Positions 23,051 to 37,223 of a stretch of 58,906 nucleotides of DNA are shown piece by piece (the stretch's first letter is position 1; each line of letters begins with the position of its first letter). The position numbers were made by a program, and so were the translations under genes. The stretch is from Octopus bimaculoides. Lineage: Eukaryota. The DNA is taken from assembly GCF_001194135.2 (NCBI RefSeq), contig NC_068987.1, positions 16,353,787 through 16,412,692 of the forward strand. Direction: 5' to 3'. Under the pieces are notes generated by a model. That model was not told the DNA's origin. It saw only the letters and a program-made list of their open reading frames with translations, and searched no databases.

Positions 23051-25693
23051 ACAACTGTTAGTGCGTCGAACAAAATGCTCAGAGACATTCGGCAAAGGTC
23101 AATGATGGTTTCAAATTTTGGCACAAGGTCAGTAATTCTGAGGGGAGGTGCTTAGTCACTACCATCGACTCCAGTATTAGACTAGTACTTCTATCGACCC
23201 CGAAAGAATGTGAAAGGCAGAGTTGACCTCGGCGGGATTTCAAGTCTAAACGTAAAGACCTGGATAAAATGTCGCCAAGCATTTTGTTCGACGCGCTAAC
23301 GATTCTGTCAGCTCAATACTTTTTAGCAAAGGTCAATAATGAGCAGAAGAAGGTATCAGAGTTGCCAAGATTTTAGGCTTATGCACAAAATATGGCTTAC
23401 CGAACTTCATCTCATTACCCTGCAACCGAAGTTCAAATCCCATCATGGTAGACTTTGTCTTTTGTTCTTTAAGGGGTTGATAAAATAAATAACTATGATG
23501 CCATTGTTATGTTTTATATCATTGCATGCGTCCTGCAGGCTTCCACGTGACTGGGTCTATTTATGACCGGTTACTGGTTCGATGCAAGAGATTTGTTATT
23601 CAGTTGAGCAAAACTACTGAACATAAAGGATCGCGTGTGACAGCGATTATATTGCATAAACCTTGTACATCACGCCATAGGAAGTTATGTGTTGTAGCCG
23701 ATGTAATGGACTTTACCGGTCCATTAATGAATGTGTAGCCTTGTTGTAGAGATGAGGTAGGTGGAGAGAAATCGATACAGATTGGAGCGGGGTTCACAAT
23801 TTCGAGAATTCACCTCTGTTCAATTTTTAGGTCAATATTTTCTCGACCTTGAAGACGTAAAATAAACGAAAGGCCAACTTTGGGCGGAATTTGAAGACAG
23901 AACGGAAACGAACAAGACAATAATAATGTGAAGTGTTTATTTAGTGTTGTACTTCAGTTCTACATACAACAATAATAATAATAACGTTGATGATAAGAAT
24001 AGCAATAGAAAAATAACAGAAATAATAGGAACAGTTATAACAAGGAGACAGGCGTCTTAGTCTACTTCTAGAGCGATCGTGAAGAGGTCATTTGATGGAA
24101 TTGTTAGAGCATCGGACAAATGTCTTGTAGCATTTGTTCCGTCTCTTTGCGTTCAGATTTCAAATCCCATTGAAGTTGACTTTGAGTTTAATTCTTCCAT
24201 GGTCTTTAAAAATAAAGTAATGCCAGGCCCTGGGTTTGGTTTTCTACCACTCTCTTCAGCGTTGATTTGCTGAAGCAGAAATGTCGTTATGACAAAAATA
24301 TACTGCTCAATACACAAATTTGCTTGTCAGTTGATTGACATTAATCACTTGAGCATGTCCCATAATGGCTGACAATATGTGCATCTCTGATCATGAGCAG
24401 AGATGCACATATTGGGGGAACATCACAGCCATGAGTTGAGAAGGATTCATTGGGTTCGAATAAATGTGATAAAAGCAAAGTTTGAAGGAAATATTAGGCA
24501 TTCATCATACCTAGGGGTAAGCAAATAGGAAATAACAGGTGTTACCCAAGGACAAACGGCGTGTTAATATTTTGTTTAGAATGTGCTGACCAAGGCGACC
24601 ATTTTGTTTTTCAGAAAAATCAGTAACCAGGAAAAGCTTTGAAATGAAAGCTTCCGGAAAATCGACGATGTACTTATTGTACCATTATCATTTCAGAACG
24701 GGGATAAATAATTATTTCCACGACTTATCAAAGCTATTTTCGATATATTCTGCTTGGGGACAATCTTGAAAATAAAAATTTCCAGGAGCTCATTGGAAAT
24801 ACTGAACGAAGATAGTGGAGGAAATAATTAAAGTTTCATGTTTTTCTTAAGAATTCTACCGAATAGCGCTTTTGTCTTCGTAGTAAATAACATTATCAAT
24901 TTGTGATTTCTTAAACAACGGGACAAGCTATGTCAAATCTCCATTAGTTTTCTTATTGAACAACATTCAAGTCTATATTCTCTGTTGGTAGTTGACAGGA
25001 ATTTGTTAAATATTTAAACATTTTTTTTCTATTTACGTCGTTCCTCTTAACGTTTGTGTCTAAGACACGGTTTAGGGTGTTCATCTTATATTCCTCAATA
25101 CAGAGCTGCTTCACATTAGTTCTCAATGTTAGTTGAATATTAGTATATAGGAAGAAACAATAGTAGTCTATGTTGTGTTACTCTTTATATAAACTTAACG
25201 GTTAGACAAACAGAGAACTACAAAAGCATTTTTTCTTGTTATTTTAATGTCCCAGTTTTATTGTCGTGATTAAGGCAGAGCCCGCTCGCTTTTAGATGTG
25301 ACCGGACTATTGGTCCTATTGAAGAATGACTCCTTTTGACATTGGGATGAGAGTGAAGTAGGGGTGGCTCATGCTATTATCCGGGTCCCTAAAGCCCCAT
25401 TTTTGTCACTAAAAAACTGAGGATAGGAGGTGGAGATTGGACTCAAAAATAGAATAGATGCAACATGATATCTTATATGATTCACTAACCCACTGCTTTG
25501 GGCTGATATCTACCCCTAGAGGACGAAAAACAAAGACAACCCCGGCAAGATTTTCAAGACAGTAGGAGGCGATTTCAAGGAGATTTGGTTGCTATTTCTA
25601 GCAGGATTGATTGACCAAAAAAGGAATTTAAAATGCCTAAATCATATATAAACTTCTACAATTTATGTAAAGATGCAAATACCATCTACTTAC

Positions 25694-26197
25694 CAGCACA
25701 CAAACCGGTTTTCCTGGAGAACATATATCCCCTCATACATTCACAATTTCCTGACTTTGTACACCGTTCAAAGTTTTGCACTTTGCATCCCTCGTGGGTC
25801 TTTTCATTGCAAATTTGTTGCGAATTATCATCGCGGCGTTGAATAATTATTGCCGCTGTAGTTGTTGCCGTATTTATAGTCCTCGCTATCCGTAGAAGAT
25901 CGCTGGAGGTCAAAGGTGAAGAGATTATTCCATTGTAGGAGAGGTTATTGAAAACCGCTTGGTTGCTAAGGTTACTGTTTGTTGAAGAACCGATGAGATT
26001 AATTCCCGCTGTTTGATTGAAATAAGTTCGTCGATGAGTTTTATGCTTCAGCGCAGAAATGGTCTCATTAACCTTGTTTAGAACAATTATATTGGAACTT
26101 TTGACGGCACTGCCTTTGTCTGTTTGAGTATTATTGACGAAAACGGGAATAGATTTGTCCGAGGTGAAGTTTAAACTAGTAGACACGATGTCCGCTT
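25694..26197 (-). CDS. Exon A: Ser/Thr/Asn-rich glycosylated stalk plus first EGF-like domain (phase 1 to 1)
   Basis: Acceptor ttattttataattacag, donor gtaagt, 504 nt, inside the 200-aa ORF. Six N-x-S/T sequons (NFT, NNT, NET, NQT, NLS, NLS). Ends CNEKTHEGCKVQNFERCTKSGNCECMRGYMFSRKTGLCA. Confidence 0.92.
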
Positions 26198-26776
26198 CTG
26201 TAATTATAAAATAAGAATAAAACAATGATCGATAATAAACTCTAAGTTTAATATGATAAACTTGATAATTGTTCTGTAAGACGAACATGTAATATATTTA
26301 AATAACTGAGTCTATAAATAATGCAGGAAATATGATATACATAGTAATAAAATAGACTTTATTACAACATTTCGTGAATATATATTCAAGCAGTCTCAAA
26401 CATACATACATACATACATACATACCCACATAGGCATGAGCAAACCGGTGCTGTCGAGTGAAAATCTCCCGTGTGATATTTGCTCCGTCCCAGTTGCACA
26501 GATATTCCCTTGTCAGTCTCGCTACCGTAAATGTCGTAAACTAGTGAATAGTTCGTTGAAATATATAACCAACAACGTTATTATTCATAGAGAAGAACCT
26601 AATTATACTTAGGGGGCGAGTGAAGGGAATAGAGTCGTTCATATCATCCCCAGTATTTGATGGGCACTTTACTTTATCAACCCTGGTATAGTATAATGCA
26701 TAATAGGCCTCGGAAGGATCTGAACTTGTAAGGCATTTTGTCCGCAGTTCCAACGGCTTTAGCGATCGATTGTGTT

Positions 26777-26854
<78 letters not shown>

Positions 26855-27791
26855 NNNNNNNNNNNNNNNNNNNNNNNNNNNNNNNNNNNNNNNNNNNNNN
26901 NNNNNNNNNNNNNNNNNNNNNNNNNNNNNNNNNNNNNNNNNNNNNNNNNNNNNNNNNNNNNNNNNNNNNNNNNNNNNNNNNNNNNNNNNNNNNNNNNNNN
27001 NNNNNNNNNNNNNNNNNNNNNNNNNNNNNNNNNNNNNNNNNNNNNNNNNNNNNNNNNNNNNNNNNNNNNNNNNNNNNNNNNNNNNNNNNNNNNNNNNNNN
27101 NNNNNNNNNNNNNNNNNNNNNNNNNNNNNNNNNNNCTCCTCCTGGAATAGGCTAGTATGTTGATAATTTAAATATTAATGTTAAACCATAGAAGTTCTCC
27201 GAGCGTATGCATTGCTTGTAAAATTCTATAAAAAAGCAGGGCTAGCTAACAAAAGCCATCATGACTAGATGTATAATCACAGTCTCTCATTTAGTTTCTT
27301 TTACCATTTTTCTCTGTTTTTAAAGATTTCCAACATAAAAAAAAAAAATAATAATCATGGTGTGTTTAGGAACTGAACTCTTGAGAAAGTTTTCAGATGA
27401 ATTTTATATATATATATACCTCGAAGCGGCATAAAATTGCATGAAGCTTTCTTTTTTTTTTCCATATCGCACAATTATAAGGAGCGATGGATTTGCAGAA
27501 TTAGTGAAGCGGAGGAAAGTAAATGCCATGCGGTATTTAGTTGAGTCTTTATGCATCCTGTGACCAAATCTGTGGTTGAATTTATAGCTGATTCTTCGGG
27601 GTTGACAAAATAATTACCAGTTACGTACTGGATTCAACATAAACGACCCTATTCGTTTTCCAAAATTCGTAAATTTTACTCATGTTAGAAATCAATTGGC
27701 ACAAAATGATGGTTATTTAGTTATTGCCAGGAATCTATGAAAATGCGCAGTAATTATATTAGTGTTTATTTGCATCATAATTCAATTGTGT

Positions 27792-28180
27792 GGAGGCGCA
27801 ATGGCCCAGTGCTTAGGGGAGCGGACTCACAGTCATAGGGTCACGGTTTCGATTCTCAGACCGGGCGTTGTGAGTGTTTATTGAACGAAAACACCTAAAG
27901 CTCCACGAGGCTCCGGCAGAGTGTGGTGGTGAACCCTGCTGTACTCTTTCTCTCACTCTTACTTCCTGTTCCTGTTTCTGTTGTGCCTGTAATTCAAAGG
28001 GTCAGCCTTGTCACACTGTGTCACGCTGAATATCCCCGAGAACTGCGTTAAGGGTACACGTGTCTGTGGAGTGCTCAGCCACTTGCACGTTAATTTCACG
28101 AGCAGGCTGTTCCGTTGATCGGGTCAACTGGAACCCTTGACGTCGTAAGCGACGGAGTGCCAACAACAATAACAACAACA
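27792..28180 (+). mobile_element. Family A SINE, long variant with CAA tail
   Basis: tRNA-like head GGAGGCGCAATGGCCCAGTG...GGTTTCGATTC. Tail shared with 947-1263. Confidence 0.85.
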
Positions 28181-28189
28181 GTTCAATTG

Positions 28190-28720
28190 TATTTTTACGC
28201 TCTGTATTACTATAGTTTACAGCATCTACGAAAAGTAGGCAGCAATTATATTAGTTTTTGTTTCTGCACATTTTAATTTCATTTTTACCTCACAGATTAG
28301 TACAATTTACTGACGAGTCAGAAAAGGCCAACAATTGCATTAGAGCTTTTCTGTACATTTAATTTTATTTTCATACCATGCATTACTACAACTCACAGAA
28401 TATTCAATGAAAAATGTGCAACAAGTATATTCAGTTTTTTTTTCTATACATTTTAATCACATTTTTACGTCGCGGATTCGTTCAACTTACAGTAAAATCT
28501 CTGAAAACTCCAACTATCGTATTAGGCTTTTCTGCACACTTAATTTTATTTTTACGCCACGCATTCGTACAGCTTACAGAAGGATCCTTATCAAAGTCCA
28601 ACAATCGTATTAGTAGTCTTTTTGTGTGCATATTTAGTTCCATTTTTACGCCGTGAATTAACTACAACTCACAAAAGATTTTAGTCATGGTTGAACACTA
28701 TAGTTCAATGTGTATGAAAG
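28190..28720. repeat. Degenerate tandem minisatellite, about 85-95-bp unit, about 6 copies
   Basis: Recurring TTTTCTGCACA.TTAATTTTATTTTTACGCC...TACAACTYACAG motif. Confidence 0.75.
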
Positions 28721-31700
28721 TTTTCTTTTCATTCCGACTGAACAATAATCACAGATTTTGGTGCAAGGGAACGATTTTGTGTAGGATGAGTTTAGTCGAA
28801 TATATCAATCCGAAATTACTGTTACTTATTTTAGTGATTTCAGAACGTGGTAGATTCTCCATCGGTCTCGACGATGAGCATTCATTTGTTCGGCCAATTC
28901 AATTCCTATTAGTCAAATTAACGCGTAAGCGGTTGAGCATTCCACAGACATTTGTACTCTTAAAGTAATTCTCAGGTTGTCATATCCCTTTCTACTCTAG
29001 GCACAAGGCCCGAAATTTTTGGGGAGAGGGGCAGTCGATTAGATCGACCCCAGTACACAACTGGTACTTAATTTATCGACTCCGAAAGGATGAAAGGCAA
29101 AGTCGACCTCAACGGAATTTGAACTCAGAGCGTAAAGTCAGACGAAATACCGCTAAGCATTTCGCCCGGCGTGCTAACGTTTCTTATGTCTTTATTGCCC
29201 ACACACCATTTAATCCAACACTCGATCATCCTACGATCTAATTTAGTTACATGGCCAAGAATTTCTGTGAGAGGATATTTCCATCGACCCCAGTATTTGA
29301 CTATTACTCTCTTTTTTTTTATTGGTTGCGGAAGAATGAAAGGCAAAGTGAGCTTCAGAGAATTTGAACTCAGAACGTAATGAGCCATTAACTCAATACC
29401 ACAAATTATTTTATCCGGCGCTCTACAAGTTTTGTTAGCCTCAAGATTACATATTCTGTAAGAAGTGGTATATGCTATTAAATCAACCATACAATTTTAT
29501 TGATGCTCCTATTTTTGTTATTGCCCACATAATGATGACATTCTTAATCTGCATTTTGTTCGCATCTTCTAAGGAGATGTAGGAGCGCCATTATAGTATA
29601 AAAAGAATCCATCTCTATGGGTCAAGGCTTACTATTATATCTGTACATGTATGCGTGGTCTGGGGAAGACCAACAGTTTCCCATGTATAACCGACACCGA
29701 TGTGCCGAGAAAGGCTACTGACTTGTTACCGATACAATCTAGCCCCAGTGTTGTCACAATCATTGCTCTCAGAACATGAAAAGCCGAAACAAATACTGTA
29801 AGTCATCTTCTTTGACTTCCTAAGAAGTTCGCCAATCCACCGTCTTAGATTCGTATTTTTTATGCATCATCGAAAGGATGAAAGGCAAATTTGACGTTGC
29901 CCGCATTTGAACTCAGAACGCAGTGGACTGGAACAAATACGGCGAGGCTTTCTATTCAACCTTCTAACATATTCTAAAAATAACTTACCAATTCACCACC
30001 TTGCTATCAGAAAATGTTCATCTAAGAAGACATTTCCATACTGAGTATAATTATGATACAGACAATTTTAGCCGCTCCTGCCGCAGATATCAAAATCTTA
30101 AGAGTCGGAACAAAAGATTGTTTCTAATTCAGAAAAATTTTCGTGGGGAGGGGGTTAATCAATTAGACTATTCCCAGTGCTGGAGAAGTACTTTATTTTA
30201 TTGATACTGAAAGGATGAAAGGCAAAGTTGATCTCGGCAGGATTTGAACTCAGAATGTGAATAGTCGGAACGATCAAGTGTTTCTAATTTAGGTACACGG
30301 CCATCAATATTGGCAGATGTAGTTAATCGATTATGTCGATCCCAGTATTTGACTGCTACAAAGTCAACAAGTTTTTTTTGGAACTGTGTAGTTAGTAATC
30401 CAATACAGCAGTTAACTAAAATCGACAATGTAATAATACTTCCCCCAGGTTTTAGCTGGTGTTGTTACAACACACATAGACATCCGATACAGCATTCAAG
30501 AAAATACCAATACATTGATTAGCATGAAGTCGCTAATCCACACTTTATGACATTCAGCCTACAGACCTGCTCTGTCTCAACATTCTAATTTTTCTACTGC
30601 TACAATAGAAGGGGCTTCTCGGATCAAGCTAAATTGGATCGCATCCATTCAACTTGTCAGAAACAATTATCTCCCTTATTCCCCTAACGCCAACCATATT
30701 GTTTTCACTTACCAGGCTATGCACTAACCACCATCACTTCCAGTATTTTTTCTCAAAGGACGTTCTCACTCTGCTATTCCTTCTCTGCCCATAAAACTGC
30801 AGTTGCTCAAGAATATCAACCATATCGATGTCACTGGTCTTTGAGAACCAGTGAAGGCCATTGTAACAACCCTTGCTGCAGACCAAACCATTAAAAATAT
30901 TGAACTCTCAAATTTAGCCATTTGCCTGTCCAAAGCATTTTCATAAATTTGTCAAAAAGGGCCATACTTATTTTCAGACGTCTAATTAACCCTTGTTTAA
31001 TACGTTATGAGTAATATAAAATTTTACTTTCCTAAGTCACAAGTTACTCTTGTGGTTGCAAAAAATAATGGCAATATGTAGCGTATAAGATTTACGACGG
31101 CGAGCCAGCAGAATCGTTAGCATATGGGGAGAAATGCTTAGTGGTATTTCGGTCCGTCTTTACGTTCTGAGTTCAGATTCCGCCGAGGCCGACTTTGCTT
31201 TTCAATCCTTTCGGGGTCGATAAAATAAGTACCAGTTAAATACTGTGGTCAATGTAACCGACATCTCCCTCTCCTAAAATTGCTGGATTAGGGCATCAAA
31301 ATTAGAAACTAACGTGCATCATATAAGATGCATAGATGCTAGGGAAATATGTCCAGTGTGCCACACGTGCCACACTGGACAGGAAAAGGAATAAAATCGA
31401 ATGTCTACACACACACACACACATACACACACACACACACCTACATACAAGTGCGTGTATGTGTGTGAGTCATTATTAAAAACAAAACAAACAAAAACAA
31501 AGAAGGAAGTGATCAACCAATGTAGTTTCACTTCTGTTTCGTGTAAATTGTAGGAAGTGGAATGAACTAAATTCTTGAATTCCGTTAGATATGAACCCGT
31601 TTAGCAAGTATATGAACTTATGAAATAATTTCGAACACTTGTATAGCGTAGCTACATTGACATCCCTGGTGTGTCTCATATGGTGGCATATGTACAGAAG

Positions 31701-31874
31701 ACAAACAGAAAATAAAGCACAAAATTTAAACAAGAGGAAAAAAACTGAAAAACATATTTTAATGTCCTCTTGTTATAAAGGATGTATTAAATGTTTGTAT
31801 TACGTGAGATAATTTTTTCCTGTTATGTTACGTATGTCAACGTGTCTGTCTGTCTGTCTGCCTGTCTGTCTACG

Positions 31875-31921
<47 letters not shown>

Positions 31922-32706
31922 ACGTAGTTACAAATTTATAAATCCAAATTCGTACGCACACCTAGACGTACATAATTTCATACATACACATACATACATG
32001 CACGCGCAAACATGGACACACACACACACANNNNNNNNNNNNNNNNNNNNNNNNNNNNNNNNNNNNNNNNNNNNNNNNNNNNNNNNNNNNNNNNNNNNNN
32101 NNNNNNNNNNNNNNNNNNNNNNNNNNNNNNNNNNNNNNNNNNNNNNNNNNNNNNNNNNNNNNNNNNNNNNNNNNNNNNNNNNNNNNNNNNNNNNNNNNNN
32201 NNNNNNNNNNNNNNNNNNNNNNNATTTTGAGCGAGGGCATAAGTCGATTACATCGACCTCAGTGTTTCGCTGGTCCTTAATTTATCGACTTCGAAAGAAT
32301 GAAAGGCAAAGTTGACTTCAGCGGAATTTGAACTCAGAACGTAGCGGTAGACGAAATACCTATTTCTTTACTGCCCACAAGGGGCTACACACAGAGGGGA
32401 AAACAAGAACAGACAAACGGATTAAGTCGATTATATCGACCCCAGTGCGTAACTGGTACTTAATTTATCGACCCCGAAAGGATGAAAGGCAAAGTTAACC
32501 TCGGCGGAATTTGAACTCAGAACGTAGTGGCAGACGAAATACAGCTAAGCACTTCGCCCGGCGTGCAAATACATAATAATAATTATTATTATTTCAAATT
32601 TTTGCCACAATGGCAGCACGAGGGAGGTGACGATGAACCGATTACATCGATTCCAGTGTTCAACTGCTACTTATTTTATCGATCCCGAAAGGGGTCGATA
32701 ATAATA

Positions 32707-32753
<47 letters not shown>

Positions 32754-35700
32754 CGTTAGTTAATTAAGAGCTAGTTCAGTATTAACCTTTTGATAGACAT
32801 GTTACACACAGTTTTATAATATCATATATAAAATTGTCCATTATATATATTCACTTTTTTAAAAATTACCAATATATCATATTAGAGGGTTGTTGGCTGT
32901 AACTTTTCTATATGATATCCTCAGCAAGCAGACGTTGAAAACAAACGAAATGAATAAATGAAGAGAGCAAACAATTTTGATGTAGTCTATTTGGAGTTTG
33001 GTAAACCTAAAATGTTGTTAAATCGTGGACAGAATACAAAAAGAAATCAATGAAAAAGCCTCTACACAGTAGCTCGATCTGCTACAATTAGCAGTTAAAT
33101 ATTCTACAAATCACACACTATCAACAGGACCGTCTTAACAACATCATAGCCCAACCCCGAGCGAAGTAACGCAGTGGGGCTTATAATATTTTGATGTGGG
33201 AGAGAAAGTGGAGGAGTGTATAAACCATAGTATAGGTGGATTTGTATAGTGGCCCCTAGATTCGTGAAGCCCCCGGGTATCTATTTAGTGTAACTATGCC
33301 ATTAGAAGGCATTGCCTACCATCTGCAAAAGGACATGAGGCGAGAGAGACCAGACTGGATGATGTGGTCCTAGGTGCATTTGGTCACGGAAATAGGACTG
33401 AATGGTCACGGTTACTGTGTTAGAATGCTTTCAACTAGGACTGACCAAGATCTAAGAAGAAGAAGAAGAACAACAACAACAGCAACAACAAGGATAACAT
33501 CGACGATAACATTCGCAACAATAACGATAACAACAACATCAACAACAATAATAATAATAATGGTTTCAGATTTCGGCACAAGGTCAGCAATTTCGGAAGG
33601 AGGAAACAAGTCGATTACACCGATCTCTAGTACACAGCTGGTACTTATTTCATCGACCCTCGAAAGGATGAAAGACAAAGTCGACCTCGGCGGGATTTGA
33701 ACTCAGAATGTAATTACATCGACCTCAGTGTTCAACTGGTACTTATTTTAACAAGCTCGAAAGGGTGAAAAGCTAAGCCAACCTCGGTGGAATTTGAACT
33801 CAGTGCGTAAAGGCGGGCAAAATGCCGCTAAGCATTCTACCCGGCTTGCAAACGGGTAGTTCATAAGCTCGTTGCCTTATGAACTACAACAACTATAATA
33901 ACAATTTCACAACAACAACAAAAACAACATTGGATAATCCTTTCTTTTCTATAGAGACAGGGCCTGAAATTTGTGGGGAGAGGGCTAGTCGATTACATCG
34001 ACCCCAGTGATTGACTGCTACTTATTTTATCGACCCCTGAAAAGGATGGCAGGCATGATGGATCTCGGCATAATTTTAACCCAGAATGTAAATCCGGAAG
34101 AAATACCGTTGAACACTTTGTCCGGCGTGCTAAGGATTCTACCGTTTCGCCGCTTTAACCACAACGATAACAAAATCAACATTATTGATAACAACGACAA
34201 CATTAACAACAATAATAGAAAAAAAAACATGTAAANNNNNNNNNNNNNNNNNNNNNNNNNNNNNNNNNNNNNNNNNNNNNNNNNNNNNNNNNNNNNNNNN
34301 NNNNNNNNNNNNNNNNNNNNNNNNNNNNNNNNNNNNNNNNNNNNNNNNNNNNNNNNNNNNNNNNNNNNNNNNNNNNNNNNNNNNNNNNNNNNNNNNNNNN
34401 NNNNNNNNNNNNNNNNNNNNNNNNNNNNNNNNNNNNNNNNNNNNNNNNNNNNNNNNNNNNNNNNNNNNNNNNNNNNNNNNNNNNNNNNNNNNNNNNNNNN
34501 NNNNNNNNNNNNNNNNNNNNNNNNNNNNNNNNNNNNNNNNNNNNNNNNNNNNNNNNNNNNNNNNNNNNNNNNNNNNNNNNNNNNNNNNNNNNNNNNNNNN
34601 NNNNNNNNNNNNNNNNNNNNNNNNNNNNNNNNNNNNNNNNNNNNNNNNNNNNNNNNNNNNNNNNNNNNNNNNNNNNNNNNNNNNNNNNNNNNNNNNNNNN
34701 NNNNNNNNNNNNNNNNNNNNNNNNNNNNNNNNNNNNNNNNNNNNNNNNNNNNNNNNNNNNNNNNNNNNNNNNNNNNNNNNNNNNNNNNNNNNNNNNNNNN
34801 NNNNNNNNNNNNNNNNNNNNNNNNNNNNNNNNNNNNNNNNNNNNNNNNNNNNNNNNNNNNNNNNNNNNNNNNNNNNNNNNNNNNNNNNNNNNNNNNNNNN
34901 NNNNNNNNNNNNNNNNNNNNNNNNNNNNNNNNNNNNNNNNNNNNNNNCACCACCACCACTACTACTCCCACCATCACCATCATACCATTACCACCACCAC
35001 CACCGCCAGCAGCAGCAGCAGCAGCAGCAATAACAACAACGTGAAGAACAACAGGAATCGGAAAAGAAGCCTGTCATGTTGCTGCACCTGTTAGAAATAG
35101 CAGCAAAACGCACCCTCTCCCACCCTCAGATTTTAAACATACCTTCTTGGTTTATTATCAAAGGCCGGGACGCCTTTGATCACAAATAGATTTGCGGGTT
35201 CCGGGTTGACCTGGGATTGGGAATAAACAACAACAAGAACAACAACAACAACTACAGCAACTACAACAACAAACAATAGCATCATCATCGTCATCATCGT
35301 GGTTGTGTTGTAAGAAGCTTGCTTCTCAACCACAAGGCTCCGGGTTCAGTCCCACTGCGTGGCACCTTGGACAGGTGTCTTCTACTATAGCCTCGGACCG
35401 ACCAAAGCCTTGTGAGTGGATTTGGTAGACGGAAACTGAAAGAAGCCCGTCGTATATATGTATGTCAGCCCGCTTCACACTTTCTTCGTTCTTTCTACTT
35501 TTCTTTTTCTCGCTCCCTATTTCTCACATTTCTTGGCCTTCCCTTCATTCTAACTTTCCCTCCTCTTTTTCCTCACTCTGTCCCTTTCCTTTATTTGTTT
35601 CTCGCCCCTCCCCAATTCTTCTATCCCTCTGCCACTACCTCTCTCCTCTCCTTCCACGTGACCGGTGTTCTGCCAAGCCTGACCTTTCTTCTTTGGTTCG

Positions 35701-36377
35701 TCTACCATCAGTGTAGCATCTCTTATATTCCTTCCCATGACTTTCATCTCTTATGTCCCTGCCATAAGGCTTCACTTCCACACACGCCATCTTAATTTAA
35801 TACGTCCTTAACCGAAAGACACCTGTTGTTAATGTCCTGTTGTTTGTATTTGTAAATGTGTACCATTTATCCGTCCTTGTTTTCGTATACATTCGATTGC
35901 TTTCTTCCAAGGAATCTAGTGCTCTTAGNNNNNNNNNNNNNNNNNNNNNNNNNNNNNNNNNNNNNNNNNNNNNNNNNNNNNNNNNNNNNNNNNNNNNNNN
36001 NNNNNNNNNNNNNNNNNNNNNNNNNNNNNNNNNNNNNNNNNNNNNNNNNNNNNNNNNNNNNNNNNNNNNNNNNNNNNNNNNNNNNNNNNNNNNNNNNNNN
36101 NNNNNNNNNNNNNNNNNNNNNNNNNNNNNNNNNNNNNNNNNNNNNNNNNNNNNNNNNNNNNNNNNNNNNNNNNNNNNNNNNNNNNNNNNNNNNNNNNNNN
36201 NNNNNNNNNNNNNNNNNNNNNNNNNNNNNNNNNNNNNNNNNNNNNNNNNNNNNNNNNNNNNNNNNNNNNNNNNNNNNNNNNNNNNNNNNNNNNNNNNNNN
36301 NNNNNNNNNNNNNNNNNNNNNNNNNNNNNNNNNNNNNNNNNNNNNNNNNNNNNNNNNNTATATGTGTGTGTGTGTGT

Positions 36378-36977
36378 GTGTGGTAAGTAGCTTGCATACG
36401 AACCACATGGTTCCGGGTTCAGTCCCACTGCGTGGCACCTTGGGCAAGTGTCTTCTACTATAGCCTCGGGCCGGCCAAAGCCTTGTGAGTAGATTTGGAA
36501 GACGGAAACTGAAAGAAGCCCGTCGTATATATATATGGGTGTATGTGGGTGTGTGTTTGTATGTGTCCTTGCGTCTGTTTGTCCCCCCAACATCGCTTGA
36601 CAACCGATGTTGGTGTGTCTCCGTCTCCGTAACTTAGTAGCTCGGCAAAAAGAGACCGATAGAATAAGTACTAGGCTCACAAAGAATAAGTCCTGGGGTC
36701 TATTTGTTCGACTAAGGCCTGAAACAAATAAAAGAATAAAAAGAAAATATATATATGTGTGTGTGTGTTTATGTTTGTCTCCCCAGCAAAACTTGACAAC
36801 CGGTATAGGTATGTTTATGTCCCCGTAACCTAGCGGTTTGGCAATAGTGACTGATGGAACAAGTATTAGGCGTTAAAAAAACAAAGTAATAAGTCCCGAA
36901 GTCGATTTGTTCGACTAAAACCCATCAATGCAGTGCTCTAGTATGGCCGCAGCCAAATGACTGAAACAAATAAAAGA
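36378..36977 (+). mobile_element. Family C SINE (OR1/CORE-type with internal microsatellite), 3' half duplicated. Other copies at 15640-15860(-), 35300-35460, 38860-39010(-), 43554-43850, 43930-44230(-), 46620-46925(-), 48440-48673(-), 58296-58565
   Basis: GTGGTAAGTAGCTTG...GGTTCAGTCCCACTGCGTGGCACCTTGGGCAAGTGTCTTCTACTATAGCCTCGGG...GGAAACTGAAAGAAGCCCGTCG-(TA/TG)n-TTTGTCCCCC...GACTGAAAC. Confidence 0.88.
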
Positions 36978-37005
36978 ATAGAAGAATAAAAGGATCGTCA
37001 TCATG

Positions 37006-37046
<41 letters not shown>

Positions 37047-37193
37047 GACAGCCGACAGAAACCGGAGGGCCCTGTTCCCACCAGTGACACCCTTACACCC
37101 TCACCGCTACCACCATCGCCCATCACCACCACCACCACCATCATTATAACCCCTGCGTTGCTTGCTACAACTCCTACTACTTCTGTGTCGAAA

Positions 37194-37223
37194 CCCTAAC
37201 CCTAACCCTAACCCTAACCCTAA
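37194..37223. repeat. Short interstitial telomeric repeat (CCCTAA)5
   Basis: Five perfect hexamers flanked by a 26-bp direct repeat (37169-37194 and 37222-37247). Confidence 0.9.

Noticed and set aside
30700-30760. Strong minus-strand donor gtaagtg
   Set aside because: All three frames have stops within about 25 nt upstream.
31476-31733. 85-aa minus ORF with hydrophobic start as a signal-peptide exon
   Set aside because: Starts at TTG within a pyrimidine tract; no good donor.
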